Assembly: GCA_051294375.1 (NCBI GenBank) | Contig: CM119264.1 | Coordinates: 28,872,696 to 28,936,695, forward strand | DNA from: Paraspadella gotoi | Taxonomy: Eukaryota > Animalia > Chaetognatha | Direction of reading: 5' to 3' | Length of the DNA stretch: 64,000 nucleotides | In this document: positions 32,716 through 47,308 of the stretch, in pieces | Layout of the letters: every line of letters starts with the position of its first letter | Numbering within the stretch: the first letter of the stretch is position 1 | Made by a program: the position numbers and the translations under genes | Notes under the pieces: model-generated | Databases searched by the model: none | What the model was told of the DNA's origin: nothing | Seen by the model: only the letters and a program-made list of their open reading frames with translations

Positions 32716-33028
32716 AATGAGTCATCGTTTTATTCTTAAATGCGAAAGTTTTCGTTTTTTTTTTATTTTTCCCCAAATTTTCTTGAATATATAACCAATT
32801 AAAAAAGAAAAGAAAAACATTGTTAACGCAGAACATCAATGAATATGTTTATTAAACGAGCAACGTGTCATAAGTATTACGCTTCATCACGTAATGTAAA
32901 TGCTGACATAAAGACATAAAAAGGTAGATTGACTAAATGATTATAAAAGTTGAATTTAAAAGACTTGGCATTTTTTTTATTGAAAATTTTTGAGACGAAA
33001 AATAAAAAAAAATTGACTATTTTTTTAT

Positions 33029-34157
33029 TCAAGTCTCCGAATTTGATATCCATTTGATAGGAATGGATTTCGGCGATTGCTTCGCGCCGAAGCTTCCTTG
33101 CTGCTGTTGCTGCGGCGGTTGCGGCTGCTGCTGTTGAACTTGCATCGTCTTCAACGCTTGATTAGCTTGTTGCTGATAAGCTTGCAGCTGTTGTTGTTGC
33201 AGTTTTTGATGAGCGGGGATCTGTTGGACGATCGGTTGGACCGCTTGGCCCGTCGCCTGCTGCGCCATTTGCTGCTGGGCCTGCTGCAACTGATGGGCTT
33301 GCTGCGCCTGCTGAAGTTGGTGGACGTGCTGTTGCAACTGCTGGACACCGACGGCGTCCTTGACGGGGCGGAGGATGGTGTTGGGAGCGTAGCCGTCCTG
33401 ACCTCGCCAGTTCCTGACTTTCCACCATTGGCGAGAATCGTCGAGAAGTTCCAGAACCTCCGACTTGCGAACGCTGAGTTCTTTGCTGTGTTGACATCGT
33501 CGATCGAACATGCACTCGTACAATCTGGGGAGAATGGCGATTGATAGCTAAAAAATCTATATATTTATTATATTATATTTGTAAATAAACTAGGAGTGGT
33601 ATTCATGTGTATGAAAGTATGAAACATATGTTGATTATGTTTACATAAAGCATCTCAAACGATTGCTTAAAACTACTAGGTATTATATAAATTGCTGTAT
33701 TTATATCTAAACATTGTTAAGTTTGACGAACTGTCAGACAGACAATAAATACAATTTGTCGAGTCGAAGCGCGACTAAAATTAATCATTTTTCGACAAAA
33801 TATATATATATTTGATATTCTTTGATATTCTTTAAAATTTCTTCCCTCAAAACTAACCTGGCATTCCTGGAGAGCAGCTTCTCTTCATAAGCCTTCATCC
33901 TCTCGGCGAAAGCGTGGATGAATCGAATGTCTTGTCGAATCTCTTCGAACAGCATCGACCCCAGTCGGTCGTCCATGTCGTTCTTGGCCGACGCCGTCGC
34001 GTTGGATGCTGGATGGGAAGGGGAGGGGCGGAAGGCGTCGGAGGTCATTTCGAATCAGTGTGCCGGCCACTTCAGCATAGTCGCCTTGACTATGTCCTTT
34101 GTTCCCCTCAATCATGATTCTGCGTTTCTTTCCCAGGTAATTCCTCAGCCTTTTCAT

Positions 34158-34239
<82 letters not shown>

Positions 34240-35336
34240 CTGTGCCCTCTCCCCCCCAACTGTGCCGGGTTTTCCTCACCCTCCTCACTCCTCACTCTAC
34301 ACTCCTCACTCCTCACTCTTCACTCCTCACCCGTTTCTCCAGCTTCAACGCCATTGGTTCCGTTTGTTGTCTTCATTCTCGTTCCCGGCGAACTCTCGTA
34401 GATGTAATCGGCCGGAGGAGCCGGTCCGCCTGAATAAACAGTACAAACAAACTAACAATTTTAGTATATATACATATAATATTATATTTATTCGTAGTAA
34501 GAGAGAGTCTAAAGCTTTTCTTTGCTTTGCTATGTTATTATCTAGTACCATCTGTTCAATGTCTGGGGGCAAAGTAGCCTTTTTCACGTATGAATGAATA
34601 ATTTCATTCTTGGTTGTTCCAATTTCATATTATACAATTGAAACGGTTCAAAAACTGGACTGTGAGAGAGCCTTGACCTCAAGCTCGCAGGGTCATCTTG
34701 TGAGACGGATGAAAGCCATAACGCGCCAAAGTTTAGGGGCGAGATAGCTTGTTTCATGAATGAGTAAATAATTTAACCAATTTTATAATATATATTATGA
34801 ATATGTTATATTGATTTAAACTGGACAAAGACTTAATCCATTCTTNNNNNNNNNNGAGTAAATAATTTAACAATTTCATAATATACATTATACAATTGAA
34901 TATGTTATATTGATTTAAACTAGACAAAGACTTAATCCATTCTTCGGATCTTGTTACCCATCATATCCTGTCCGTGTTCAAATCCTGAAAGTAAGATAAC
35001 TTTATTAATTAAACGAATGGATTATATTATTTTTGCTTGTCCCAATTTCATAATAAACATAATCAAGCATTACGAAATTCCCATCCCCTCCGGTTTGCCT
35101 CACCGTTGGGCATCGGACCTCGTCCTCCGCTCTCCGCTTCTTCGGTGAACAACTCCGGCCGCGGTTCCCAACCGTCGGTGAATCGAGGAACGTAAGGAGT
35201 CACGTATCCTTTCCAAAGATTCCTTTTGAAAAGTGGGAGGTGAGCTTAGGTCTCGCTCTCACTTACTTTCTCTTTCTTTGTCTGTCATTCTGTCTGTCTG
35301 TCTTCCTGAATTTCCCACTTTTTGTCTCTTTCATTT

Positions 35337-35372
<36 letters not shown>

Positions 35373-38300
35373 NNNNNNNNNNNNNNNNNNNNNNNNNNNN
35401 NNNNNNNNNNNNNNNNNNNNNNNNNNNNNNNNNNNNNNNNNNNNNNNNNNNNNNNNNNNNNNNNNNNNNNNNNNNNNNNNNNNNNNNNNNNNNNNNNNNN
35501 NNNNNNNNNNNNNNNNNNNNNNNNNNNNNNNNNNNNNNNNNNNNNNNNNNNNNNNNNNNNNNNNNNNNNNNNNNNNNNNNNNNNNNNNNNNTTAAATACG
35601 ATCGTGGTTGTATGGACCTACTTTACTAATTTCATACATACTAACTTGGGCGTAGTCCACGCCTCTCCCATCGACTTCCACAACTGGCTCTCTCNNNNNN
35701 NNNNNNNNNNNNNNNNNNNTAGTAAGGTGCTGGCCCAATTGACGTGAATGTTTATTCGAACGGATCTAGATGCTCGCATTAGATGGCGCTGATGGTATCT
35801 ACCTTACGACGCTGTGGGACTCATGGACTGACATCTATTAACGTCAGTGACGTGGTGAGTGAAGAAGTTAAAACAAGTCTGAAGTGACGTTGCAATTGTA
35901 TGCTGCAGTGATAGTGCAGTGACGTGGGAGTTTACGTGAAGTAAGTGGATATAATCCTGGAATTGTAGCGTTCGTGAACTGGACGTTCTGTTGTTTTTGG
36001 AGCGACAAGTTGCAACATTTTCAGGCGACCTCTATTAACGTTACTGTGGTACACTGTTTGTGGAGTTGGACGTGGACCTCTCGCTACGGTTTTTTCGCTC
36101 CATCTATTTTTTCTATTTATTCTCATCGTCTTCTTGACCTCTCTTCTCTCTCTCTCTTTCTCTGCGATCCTGAAATATCGACTCTCTCGCTCCTCTTTCT
36201 CTCCTCTCTCTCTTTTCTGCTTATCCATTAGCTCTCTCTCAGTCGAAAGCGTGAATATGTGTCGACGGAATTTTTCAGAATACCATAACGAATGACCGGA
36301 AGGGACTCGAGGGTGGGACCTTTCGAAGCAACCGGACAACACTTACTGCGACTGAAGTGAGGATGGCTGAATAAAATGGAGAGACATTAATACGATACAG
36401 CGTAAAAAAAAAAAAAAGAAAGGGGGAAAAGTTTTAAAAAGAAAATAAGAGATGGGAATGGAAATTAAATAAATTAATTTACTAATTTCATACAACTAAC
36501 TAGTGAGGCGCCGTATAGACTCCAGTGACACGGCGGTGCGAAGTTGATTGCCTCATGCGACTTCACACATATTGGGTCGTCGATGTTCTCTTGTCGGAGA
36601 GAATGTGACATATTTGAAACTCATAAATCCATTGGGGGCAAGTTAATCTGTGATCCGTTCGTTCGTGTTTTTGCGCCACTAGTTTAGCATACGTGATGAC
36701 GGTCAAACTCTCCTAAAAATCGCACTGGTCCGCCGTAGACCGGATTCAGGGTTCTGAATTTGGCTATACAACGTATCAGCGAAAAGAGGAGTGAATTACA
36801 TTCAGGAAAGATTATGGACCAATTTCGTGGAGAAACACTGGGTAGCAAAATCGAAAAGATGTGATATTTTAACAACTGAAACAACCATCCATTCAACATC
36901 AATCCCTCACCTCACACCACACTTTTCGATTCTTTGTCTTGGGGGGGGAAATTGCATTGTGGTGCCCATTTGCTAATTAGCATGCTCAGGAATTTTGTCC
37001 ATCATGTGGTTTTATCAGTTGCTTGTAAAAATTATTCAAATAAATGCGGTGTCAACTTTATGATTATTATGACTCTTCGATTTTTACAAAAACTATGGGA
37101 AAAAAAAGAAGTTATATCCAATTGTTATGATTTCATCACATCATAACATCAACAATATGTACCGCAATCACTCCACCTCACTTTACGTCACTCCACCTCN
37201 NNNNNNNNNNNNNNNNNNNNNNNNTAACACCTCACTTTCACGTCACTCCATCTCACTTCAGGTCGTTCAGTTCCACCTCACTTCAGGTCATTCCAACGTC
37301 ACTTCACTTCACTTCACGTCTCTCACGTCACTAACATTGGGCCATAAGAAACATTCCATCGTGTCAATCACGTAACTCGCACTTCGCAGACTCTGTGCCG
37401 ACTTAAACGTTAATAGATCGGTCCCGGCAGGCGTCACACGACTCCAGTCGCGTTTGTCCTGATCACCTCGCTCCGTACTGCACCCTGCAAGCTCTCAGTA
37501 TTTCTTACTTGCACTCTTCTACTCTACTGATATCGCTCACTCCACGGTCTCACGCTGCGACTTCAAGATGTCACTCAATACGAATTACGCGTCTTCAGCG
37601 TAAGTCGAGGCGATTCTGAATATGGTATCTCGTATGCGACGCAGACCTGCCAGCGTTCGAAGGGAGGCCTTCAACGACTCGTTAGATGGAGGATGGAGAG
37701 GTTACAGTCCTAGTAGGCCTACACCATATAGTCTCTCCACCCCGTCGCCTCATTATACGTCATCTTGGCCCGTCCGGGTCAATTGATGTCAGTTACGTGA
37801 ACGGACGCGTACAGCGTCGCGATATCGTGTCGAGAACTCATGCATTACTCCTCCTTCACCGGGATCATATCTTCGAAAAACTCGTAGCGCTCCAGCGTTT
37901 CCTGCGTGGTCTCGTCCGTGAATATTCCCTATACTTCATACTTTTCCCCGGTCATACTTCCTCTCCGTTCTTTCCGCTACTTCCGGCTTACATCGGACGG
38001 GCGGACGCGGAACTCGGGACGTCATTGTTCTTGGCTTTCTCCTCTCAGGCTCTCGCGCTCCCTCCTTTCTGCCGTTACATCACTGGCTGAACTCTTCCGG
38101 TCATTCACGGGCTCAACTTCTTCTCTTCCTAATAACCGATTCTTTCCTCCTCTCTCTCTCTCTCTCATGGAAGCTGCGCTCATCTACTGCGGGTGTACCA
38201 TAGAGAATCCTGGCGCTCTCTTCCCTCAGGCGACGCCTACTGTCCGGTCTGCTCGCAACTACGACTCATCATACAATCAAATATGACGCGCCCTCGCACT

Positions 38301-41300
38301 ACTTGCTGGCTTTTTGTGTATCCTCGGAAGCGAGACAGAATAATTATAAAAATAGGAAGTAGAAGAAGGTTACTCAAAGTCTTTCGTCCGTTCTCTGTTT
38401 CAGATGCTGACGGCGTCTTCCGGTATGGCTCCGCTTATCTGGGCCTCATAGGACTCCTCAAACCCTTCGCTCCTCTCTCTTCCCTCTCCCTCCTCGGTAC
38501 CTGCTCCTCTCTGCGTCGGTGCTGCGGTCTACTCTCTCTCCGTGCCATCTCTCATCTCTGCTCCTTCCATCTCTCACATATAATACAGGCGGCGGGAGTG
38601 ATAGAGTTTTGAATGAGTGCACTGTAAGGTCTTAAATGTCGCCCGCGGGGCCTTGATCATCGTCAACGGCCGGAAACGCGCTCGCGCAAAATGTGCGAAG
38701 GTCACAGGAATTCTGGAATATATAGTGGTAGAATCTGATCTTGGACGTGAGTCTGATACAGTCATACTTACATAGAAGTACTCGAGTAGTATGATAGTAA
38801 GTTTAGATGGTTGACTGGGTATGGTCGGGTCGTCTTGATCCAAAGCATGCTGATCGCGCAGCGTAGCGTCCAGGACAAAGATTCGATTGCGGAAGTGATC
38901 TGACAATGTGATAATAAGGTCTTTATTACTATGGCGAGAGAACTTAATTATTTGTTGATTGATTGTCTACGGAAAAATGATGAATAAGTCGGATGTTATC
39001 AAAAAGATTTCGTGGAGTTCAAATACTCGCATCCAAGACAGTTTATAATACCACAGTGCTCCTCTTCGAATGCCTATACCTTACGCTATGTTGTTATGTG
39101 GTCATCCCTCCGTGCCATTGACCGGAGCTAGAGAATATAACACGTAAAACAGACTTGAAACCTGTGTCGACGCACGGACCGCTTAGTGGCATTATAAAGG
39201 GTCAACGCGCGATGGTCAAACTCGGTCGTGATCGCAGCGACATAATAAGAATAGTCTCTCTACCAAGGTACCGAACTGGTCTGCACGCTCCTTGGTCACT
39301 TCTCTCAGTAGGTGCCCTTAAGGGTTAGTATGTTCTGTGCAGGTCAAGGAACTCGAGGAGCTCCGCGAGACATAATACCTCTCCAATGCCCGTCATGTCC
39401 ATCTACCTCTTGCAATCGTTGGACGGACGACTTCACAAATTGCCTTTAGAGTGATCTATCCGCGCTGGGCTTCCGCGATGTTTTTCTTCCGTCGCGGGCG
39501 GGCCTGTGGCCGCGGGTATCGTCGGAAAATCGCTTGCTGCCTCGACCACCGGAGTCGACGTTTGAGCGTTACGTAGGAAGATGTTGCCATTCCTTGAAAT
39601 GGATTGGCTCGTCGGAGTTGAGCCATGGTCCGCCGTGAAGAAGGTGTCGATATCTCGGATGGCTAAGTTGGGGGAGAGGGTATCAGTCGGTCGTCTTAAG
39701 TTGTCGATATCTTTCTCATCGCCGCACTTAGAGCAGCTGAATCTCGTCTTACAAACGAACGGCGAGGTCCACAAAAGACGCGGAAAGGGGAGTTCCCTGG
39801 AGGGCTTTCGGCACTCGAGCTTCTCGACGCTATTTGATTGCTGCGCGCTTATTTCTCCCGCGAATCCTATTCGCCTTTCGAATGTAGTCGCCGCTGATGG
39901 CACTAAAGGCGGCGGTTGAAGTCGCAGGAAGCTTCACGGAAGCTCGGTTGCAGCGAAGACGAGAAAGTTTTGAAGAAATAAAAACGGAATCGAATCCCGA
40001 ACTCAACTCACTGCAAATATCGAGACAGGAGCGGCGACGCAAAAAATCCGTCAACGGTCTCCAAAATACGCTCGACGGCGTCGCGCTATTCGAGGATCCC
40101 TTAATCGCAATGAAAGCAGTCCCGAAGCGCCGCCGATCCTTAGTCCGTCGATAGCGGTTGCAAGGACCTCCGATGATGGAAACGTCGATTCATTCGGCCA
40201 GCCTATGAGCCGACGCTGCTGTGGATCTTCTCCCAACGATCTCCGCAGATTCCGTGAGATTAGAGACTTCGACGAAGCACTTTGAGCAGGTGTTCCGCCA
40301 AACGAAGACTTCTTAATGAAGGGTGCCTAGCAACGACTTCGTTTACGGGCGCGGTCGCTGCCGTTCGTGCGGACCGAAATGAAAAATTTTCGATCGTGAT
40401 TCGCATTTTTAAAAATAAATCATCCGTTTGATATTAGTTGGGGGAAAGTTAAAATAAATACGAATACCTCACCTCAAAGAAAACTTAACTCTTTGCTGCC
40501 ATATTTTTCATTTTATTGCTATGGCATAACGAATTTTCTTTTTTTCGGCCGAAAGCCTCTGTTAAAACAATTTCCGGGTTTATTGATAGCAATAAAATGA
40601 GAAAAATTATGGCACAAAGATAAGTTCTTTGAGGTGAGGTATTCGTATTATTTTAAACTTTCCCCCAACTAATATCAAACGGGATGATTATTTTTTTAAA
40701 ATCGATCACGATCAAAAAATTTTTCTTCGGTCCGCACGAACTTTTAACGAAGCATTTCGATGTCAGTAATAAAGAGCAAAAGAGCAACGGGGGAAAAAGG
40801 TTAGAAAGCTGGATTTCCTCGATATTAAAGATAGTATTCGTAACCAAAACGATGATAGTTTATTTGGAAAAAATGATAATTAAAAAGAAACCGATTTAGT
40901 ATTACTGCCTATTTAAAAAATGATGATATTAAAAAGTAAAACATGATGAAGTTATGGAGAAAATGATATTTAAAAGGAAACGATTTATAGTTGATGGATA
41001 TTTAAATATTGATGGATATTTAAAGTAAAACACGGATTGATTGTTATTTGTAGAAATGATATTTAAAAAAAAGATGATATTTTAAAAGGGAACCGGATTT
41101 AGGAGTTGATGATATTTAAAAAAGGAGGGATAGTTAAAAGCTTAAAAAAACCGATGATAGTTATTTGGAAAAACGATATTTAAAAGGAAACACGATTTAG
41201 TGTTACTGATATTTAAAAAAATGATGATATTTAAAAGTAAAATGATATTTAAAAAAAGATGATATTTAAAAGATAACCGATTTAGGGAGTTGATGATATT

Positions 41301-43684
41301 TAAAAAGTTGATGATAGTTTAAAAGTAAAACACTGATTGATAGTTATTTGGAGATTTATGATATTTAAAAGAAAAACCGATTATTAGTTGATGATATTTA
41401 AAAAATGATGATATTTAAAAGTAAAAACACGGTGATAGTTATTTGTAGAAATGATATTTAAAAAAAAGATGATATTTAGAAAGGAAACCATTAGGAGTTG
41501 ATGTATTTAAAAAAGGATTGATAGTTAAAAGTAAAAAACCGATGATAGTTATTTGGAAAAAAACGATATTTAAAGGGAAACCGATTTAGTAGTTACTGAT
41601 ATTTAAAAAATGATGATATTTAAAAGAAAATGATTTTTAAAAAAAAACATGATTATTTAAAAGGAAACCGATTTATAGTGGATGATATTTTAAAAAGGAT
41701 GATAGTAAAAGTAAAAAACCGATGATAGTTATTGGCGAAAAATGGATATTTAAAAGGAAACCATTTAGTAGTTACTGATATTTAAAAAATGATTGATATT
41801 AAAAGTAAAACATGGATGATAACGTTATTTGGAGAAATGCATTATTTAAAAGGAAACGATTATTTGTTGATGATATTTAAAAAAGAGCATGATATTAAAG
41901 TAAAACACGGAGTATTGATTGTTATTTGTAAGAAATGCATATTAAAAAAAAGATGATATTTAAAAGGAAACCGATTTAGCGAGTGATGATATTGAAAAAA
42001 AAGGGTATTGGATAGTTAAAGTAAAAAACCGAATGATAGTATTTGGTAAAAACGATATTTAAAAGGGGAAACCGTTTAGTAGTTACTGATATTTAAAAAA
42101 TGATGATATTTAAAAGTAAATTGATATTTAAAACAAACATGATATTTAAAAGGAAACCGATTTATGAGTTGAAAGATATTTAAAAAAAGGATGATAGTTA
42201 AAAGTTAAAAAACCGATGATAGTTATTTGGAAAATGATATTTAAAAAGAAGACCGATTTAGTAGTTACTGCTAAATTTAAAAAATGATGATATTTAAAAG
42301 TAAAACATGCGATGATAGTTATTTGGAAAATTGATATTTAAAAGGAAACCGATTTATTAGTTGATGATATTTTAAAAAATGATGATATTTAAATAGTTAA
42401 AACACGGATGATTGTTATTTTGTAGAAATGATATTTAATAAAAAAGATGATATTTAAAAGGAACCGAATTTAGGGAGTTGATGATATTTAAAAAAAGGAT
42501 GATAGTTAAAAGTAAAAAAACCGATGATAGTTATTTTTGAAAAACGATATTTAAAAGGAAACCGATTTTAGTGGTTACTAATATTTAAAAAAATGATGAT
42601 AATTTAAAAGTTAAATGATATTTTCAAAAAAAAGAATGATATTTAAAAAGGAAACCGATTTAGGAGTTGCGTGATATTTAAAAAGTGATGATAGGTTAAA
42701 AGTAAAACACTTGATATAGTTTATTGGAAAGAAATGATATTTTAAAGAAAACCATTATTAGTGATGATATTTTTAAAAAAAATGATGAATATTTAAAAGT
42801 AAAACACGGATGATAGTAATTTGTAGGAAATTGATATTTTTAAAAAAAAGATTGCTGAACGTCAATCCACGTCACTCCACGTCACTTGTCTTTTGTCCTC
42901 ACACACGTCAGTTCACGTCAATTCCGATTACTTCACTTCACTTCACTTCACTTCACGTAACTCCACGTCACTGCACATCACTTCACGTCACTTCAGATTG
43001 TTCTATCTCACTCCACGTCACTNNNNNNNNNNNNNNNNNNNNNNNNNAATTCCACGTCACTCCACGTATACGTAATGAGGTCATCATGTCACTGTCCTCA
43101 CACACGTTCAGTTCACCGTCGTTCAGATTATTCACTCACTCAGGTACTCCACGTTCACTGCACTTCATGCAACATCACTTCACGTCACTTCAGATTGTTT
43201 CTCCTCCACTCATCTAACGCCCGTTATAATGTCCAGTCCATGTCATTGTCTCACGTCACGGTCATTCTACGTCACTCACGTCAATTCAGATTACTTCCAC
43301 GTAATCACGTCACTCCACTTCACACTATCACTTCAGTCACGTTCAAGCTTCGCTCCAAGCGTTCGCGGTTCAGCGTCAATCCTAACATATTTCCGGTTCG
43401 TCTCTTTTTCGCCTCTAATCGGCGGGACGCGCAATCAGGGACGCTCAGTTCTGTCTCTCTCTCTCTATTCTCTCCTCTCTTCTCATCTCTCTCTCTCATC
43501 TCCTCTCTCTACCCTCTCTCTCTCTACTCTCTCTCTCTCTCTCTCTTCTGCTCTTACGTCTGTCTGTCTCTGTCTCTGTCAGCATATCAGACGATGAGGC
43601 TCGAACGCTTTTTGTGTTCGGTGTGAACGAGAAAGCAAAATTCATTTCTCTTTCGTTCGCGTCTTTCCGTTCCTCAGTCTTCAC

Positions 43685-43760
<76 letters not shown>

Positions 43761-45150
43761 TCTCTCTTCAAGCGAAATTTTCTGTCAGCTGAAAAATTCA
43801 CGGGAAAAAAACAAAAAATGGAAGCAAATTCTGGTTTTGGTAAATTTTTGACTGTAATGATATTATATATATTATATTATGATATAACGTTTCGTGTTGT
43901 CTGTTTTGTCTGATCCAAAGCATCAGTCAGCGAGGACAATTCATTCGGATATACATTGTATAATAAGGTCTTTTATTCATATCAAGAACTTCATTATTTT
44001 GTTTTGATCGATTGTCTACGGAATAATGATGATAAATAAGTCGGGATTTTAGAAGATTTCCGTGGAGTTCAAATACTGTTCCATCCAAAAATTTTTCTAA
44101 TACCGTCATTTAATGCCATATTTAATTTGTTCATGTCTCCGCATAAAAACTAAAACTAAACTAAAATTGAAAAGGAAGAGACGCTTGTGATAAAGGACGC
44201 CGTCACTTCGAACACGACGTCAAATTATTTTTACGGAACTGACAAGTTTATTCGTTAGCTTAGGTTATATTTTTGTCATGTAAGACTCGAGAATTCCCGT
44301 CAGAATTCCCGGCAATTGAACCAGCAACATAAATCTTATTTTATAGCTTAAATTTTATATTTATTTCTTTATAGTTATATCAAAATAATATTTTATACTT
44401 TATTATCGTTCTACCAAAATCATAATTATATATTTAATCGACTTTTTCCGTGAAATCATTCATTCAAATTTTATCAGCCTCGGGGATTTCTCCGTAGAAT
44501 GACCGGTCACTGACCTCGGAGCCCTTTCCCCGACCTTACCCGAACCTCACCTTTTCAATTTCCATCACTCGACACATCCCCGATTCTCCATTGCCACGCC
44601 TACCATGCCATGCCATCTTCCCTCCATGCCCTACCGACACGAGCCCCTCCGCTCCCTCCATCAAATTCCCTTACCCGGAGCGTTGGGATCGTGGATGTGA
44701 GATTTGAGTCTGGCCAAAAGGTTGAAAGCCAATTTGAACTTTTGCAAAACCTCGACGAAGTCGGCGGGAGTTGGGGGACGGTGGACGATGGCTGCTTCCG
44801 GTTCGTCTGAGGGAAAAGAGAAGAGAAAAAAAATAAGGGGGAGAAGGAAAGAGAAAAAAAATTGTGGGAAAAAAAGAAAATGGGGGGGGGGGAAATATGA
44901 AGAGAAAAAGAGATATTTAAAAAAATTAAAATATTATAATGTGATAAAAAAGGTACATACTATAGATACAACAAAAAAAATCAAGAAAGAAATAAAAGAA
45001 ACGAAATAAAGAAAGCAAGAAAATATCATGAAAGAAAGAAAGAAAGCAAGAAAGGAAGAAAGAAAGAAAATAATAATTTTGATGTGATGGTCATTCAGAA
45101 TTGAATGAGCACGAGTTCTGCGTAATGATCACATCGGGCTTGAAAGAGGC

Positions 45151-45196
<46 letters not shown>

Positions 45197-47271
45197 GCCG
45201 TAATAAACTCGCCTTTTTTTCCTTCTTTCTTCTTTTCCTTTTTCTTTTTCTTCTCGTATTCCCTGAAAGCTTCCGTCGCGAGTTGAAGTCTGGCCACAAA
45301 CCGTTCGATGTCGTCGAAGCAGTGATTCAACAGTTGCTGTCGGAAATGGAAAGACATTTTTTTGGTTTTTTTTGTTAATGTTATTGTTATTGCTAATGCT
45401 ATTGTTTGTTTTTAATATAATTATTGACGAAGTTAGGTCTTTTTGCTACTTTCGACCATTTCCTTGTCATCACTAACGTCGAAAATAAGAACAGCAAAAT
45501 AAAAATAAATTTATTTTAATTTTTTAAATGTTATTTTTCTTCTTTCATCGTTTCTTTTAATGATAAAGCGAACTGTTCTTGAAAGGGGTTTCTAGTTTTA
45601 GCCGGTCGTTTTACATTTAACTCACCTTAGCTGTGGTACAATCGAAAGAAACGAAAACAAATCTAAACTGCTACAATATGCAAATGAAAATAAAGAACTA
45701 AATTTCTATAAAATCGCAATGCTTCACCCCTAACCCCCATCACACACGATCACTCACCGCGTACAACTGCCTCTTGGACAGAAGCTGCTGAAAGTGAGCG
45801 GCGTGCGACGTCATCGCGTGCGACGTCATCGCGTGCGACGTCATCGCGTGCGACTGTTTATTTTGCATCAAGAGTTGATGTTGCGTGTCCAGAAGGGTCG
45901 GGGGATGAACGGGCGGGTGGGGATGAACGCCGGGCGGAAGAGAGACCAGGACGCCGCCCGCGCTCACCACCGGCTTCATGGAGGCGGCGGAGGCGCCGGG
46001 ATGAGCCGAGAGAACGCCGCCCACCGCGTGGACGCCCTGCAATCCGTGGAGAGACAAAGAGGCGGGGCTCTGGTAGATGGGCACGCCCACTAGGGATGAG
46101 GAAGGGAGGTAACCGGCGACTGGGGATCGCGGAAGGAGAGTAGGGGAGGGAGAAGGAAGAGGAAGAAACGGATTAGCTGAGGGGCGAGGGTCAAAGCGGT
46201 GGGAGGGTGGGGTTGACCGACGTAGGCGATGATATTAACTGGAAAATTAGCCAATTAATGAGGATGGAATCAATGAGGATGGAAAGACGCGTTAGGGAAA
46301 AGGGGGGGGGGAGATAAAAACATATGGAGCAATCGAGTGATGAGAATAGCGTTGTAGTTGTCGTTGTTGTTGTTGGCTTGATTGTCGTTGAAAAAGGATT
46401 TAAATTGGGTTCGAACCGATTTTTATTTCATATTATTTTAATTAAATGTCAATTCTATCATTCCATTGTCCAATGACTATCGATCGATTCAATCATTTAT
46501 CCATGTACGTATGTCCATCCGTTTCTCCATTCGTTTCTTCATTCACACATCCTTCGATCCATACATCCATCCCTGTTTTCATCAGACCGGACATCCCTTA
46601 ATACTACTATCCATCCATCCATCCATAAATCTATCCAGTATCCATTAATTCATCCATCCATCCATCCATAAATCAATTCATTCATTCATCCATCCGTCCA
46701 TCCATCTATCCATCCATCCACAAATCCATGTATCAAACCATCCATTCATTCATGTCCTCATCAATCCATCCATCCATCCATCCATTCCATATCCTCCATC
46801 CATCCATCATTCAATCATCCAACATCCAATTCCATCCATCCATTTATGTCCCCATCCCATCCATCCATCCATCCATCCATTCCATCCATCCATCCATCCA
46901 TCGATCCATCCATCCCATTCATTTCATCCATTCATATCATCATCAATCACCATCCATCCATCCATCCATCCATTCATCCAATAATCCATCCGTCCATCTC
47001 ACCAGCCGTATTTCCGGCCACGACCGAAGAAACAGGCGTCGGAATCACGTAAGTGATTGACGCCTGACCCGACGGCGCCGCCGCGACGGCTGCGTTCGCA
47101 GCTCCTGCAGCGGCGTAGGCATTGCCCGGCGGCTGTTTGGGGGCGTGACCCGTTTTTGAAGCGGCGGCGGCAGCGGAGGTGGCGGCGGCTGCTGTCAACG
47201 AAGACCCGGTGACAGTGGTCGTGGGAGGGATGGCAGATTCCGCAGTGCAAGCCACGACCCCGTTAGAGGCT

Positions 47272-47308
<37 letters not shown>

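Noticed and set aside
33885-34433. ERER/SLSL-repeat ORFs (also at 10060, 24247, 43496, 49272, 51108)
   Set aside because: Translations of (CT/AG)n microsatellites lying in introns or intergenic DNA.
37686-38906. Several 110-140 aa ORFs
   Set aside because: They lie in very noisy gap-fill that echoes 43050-44200.
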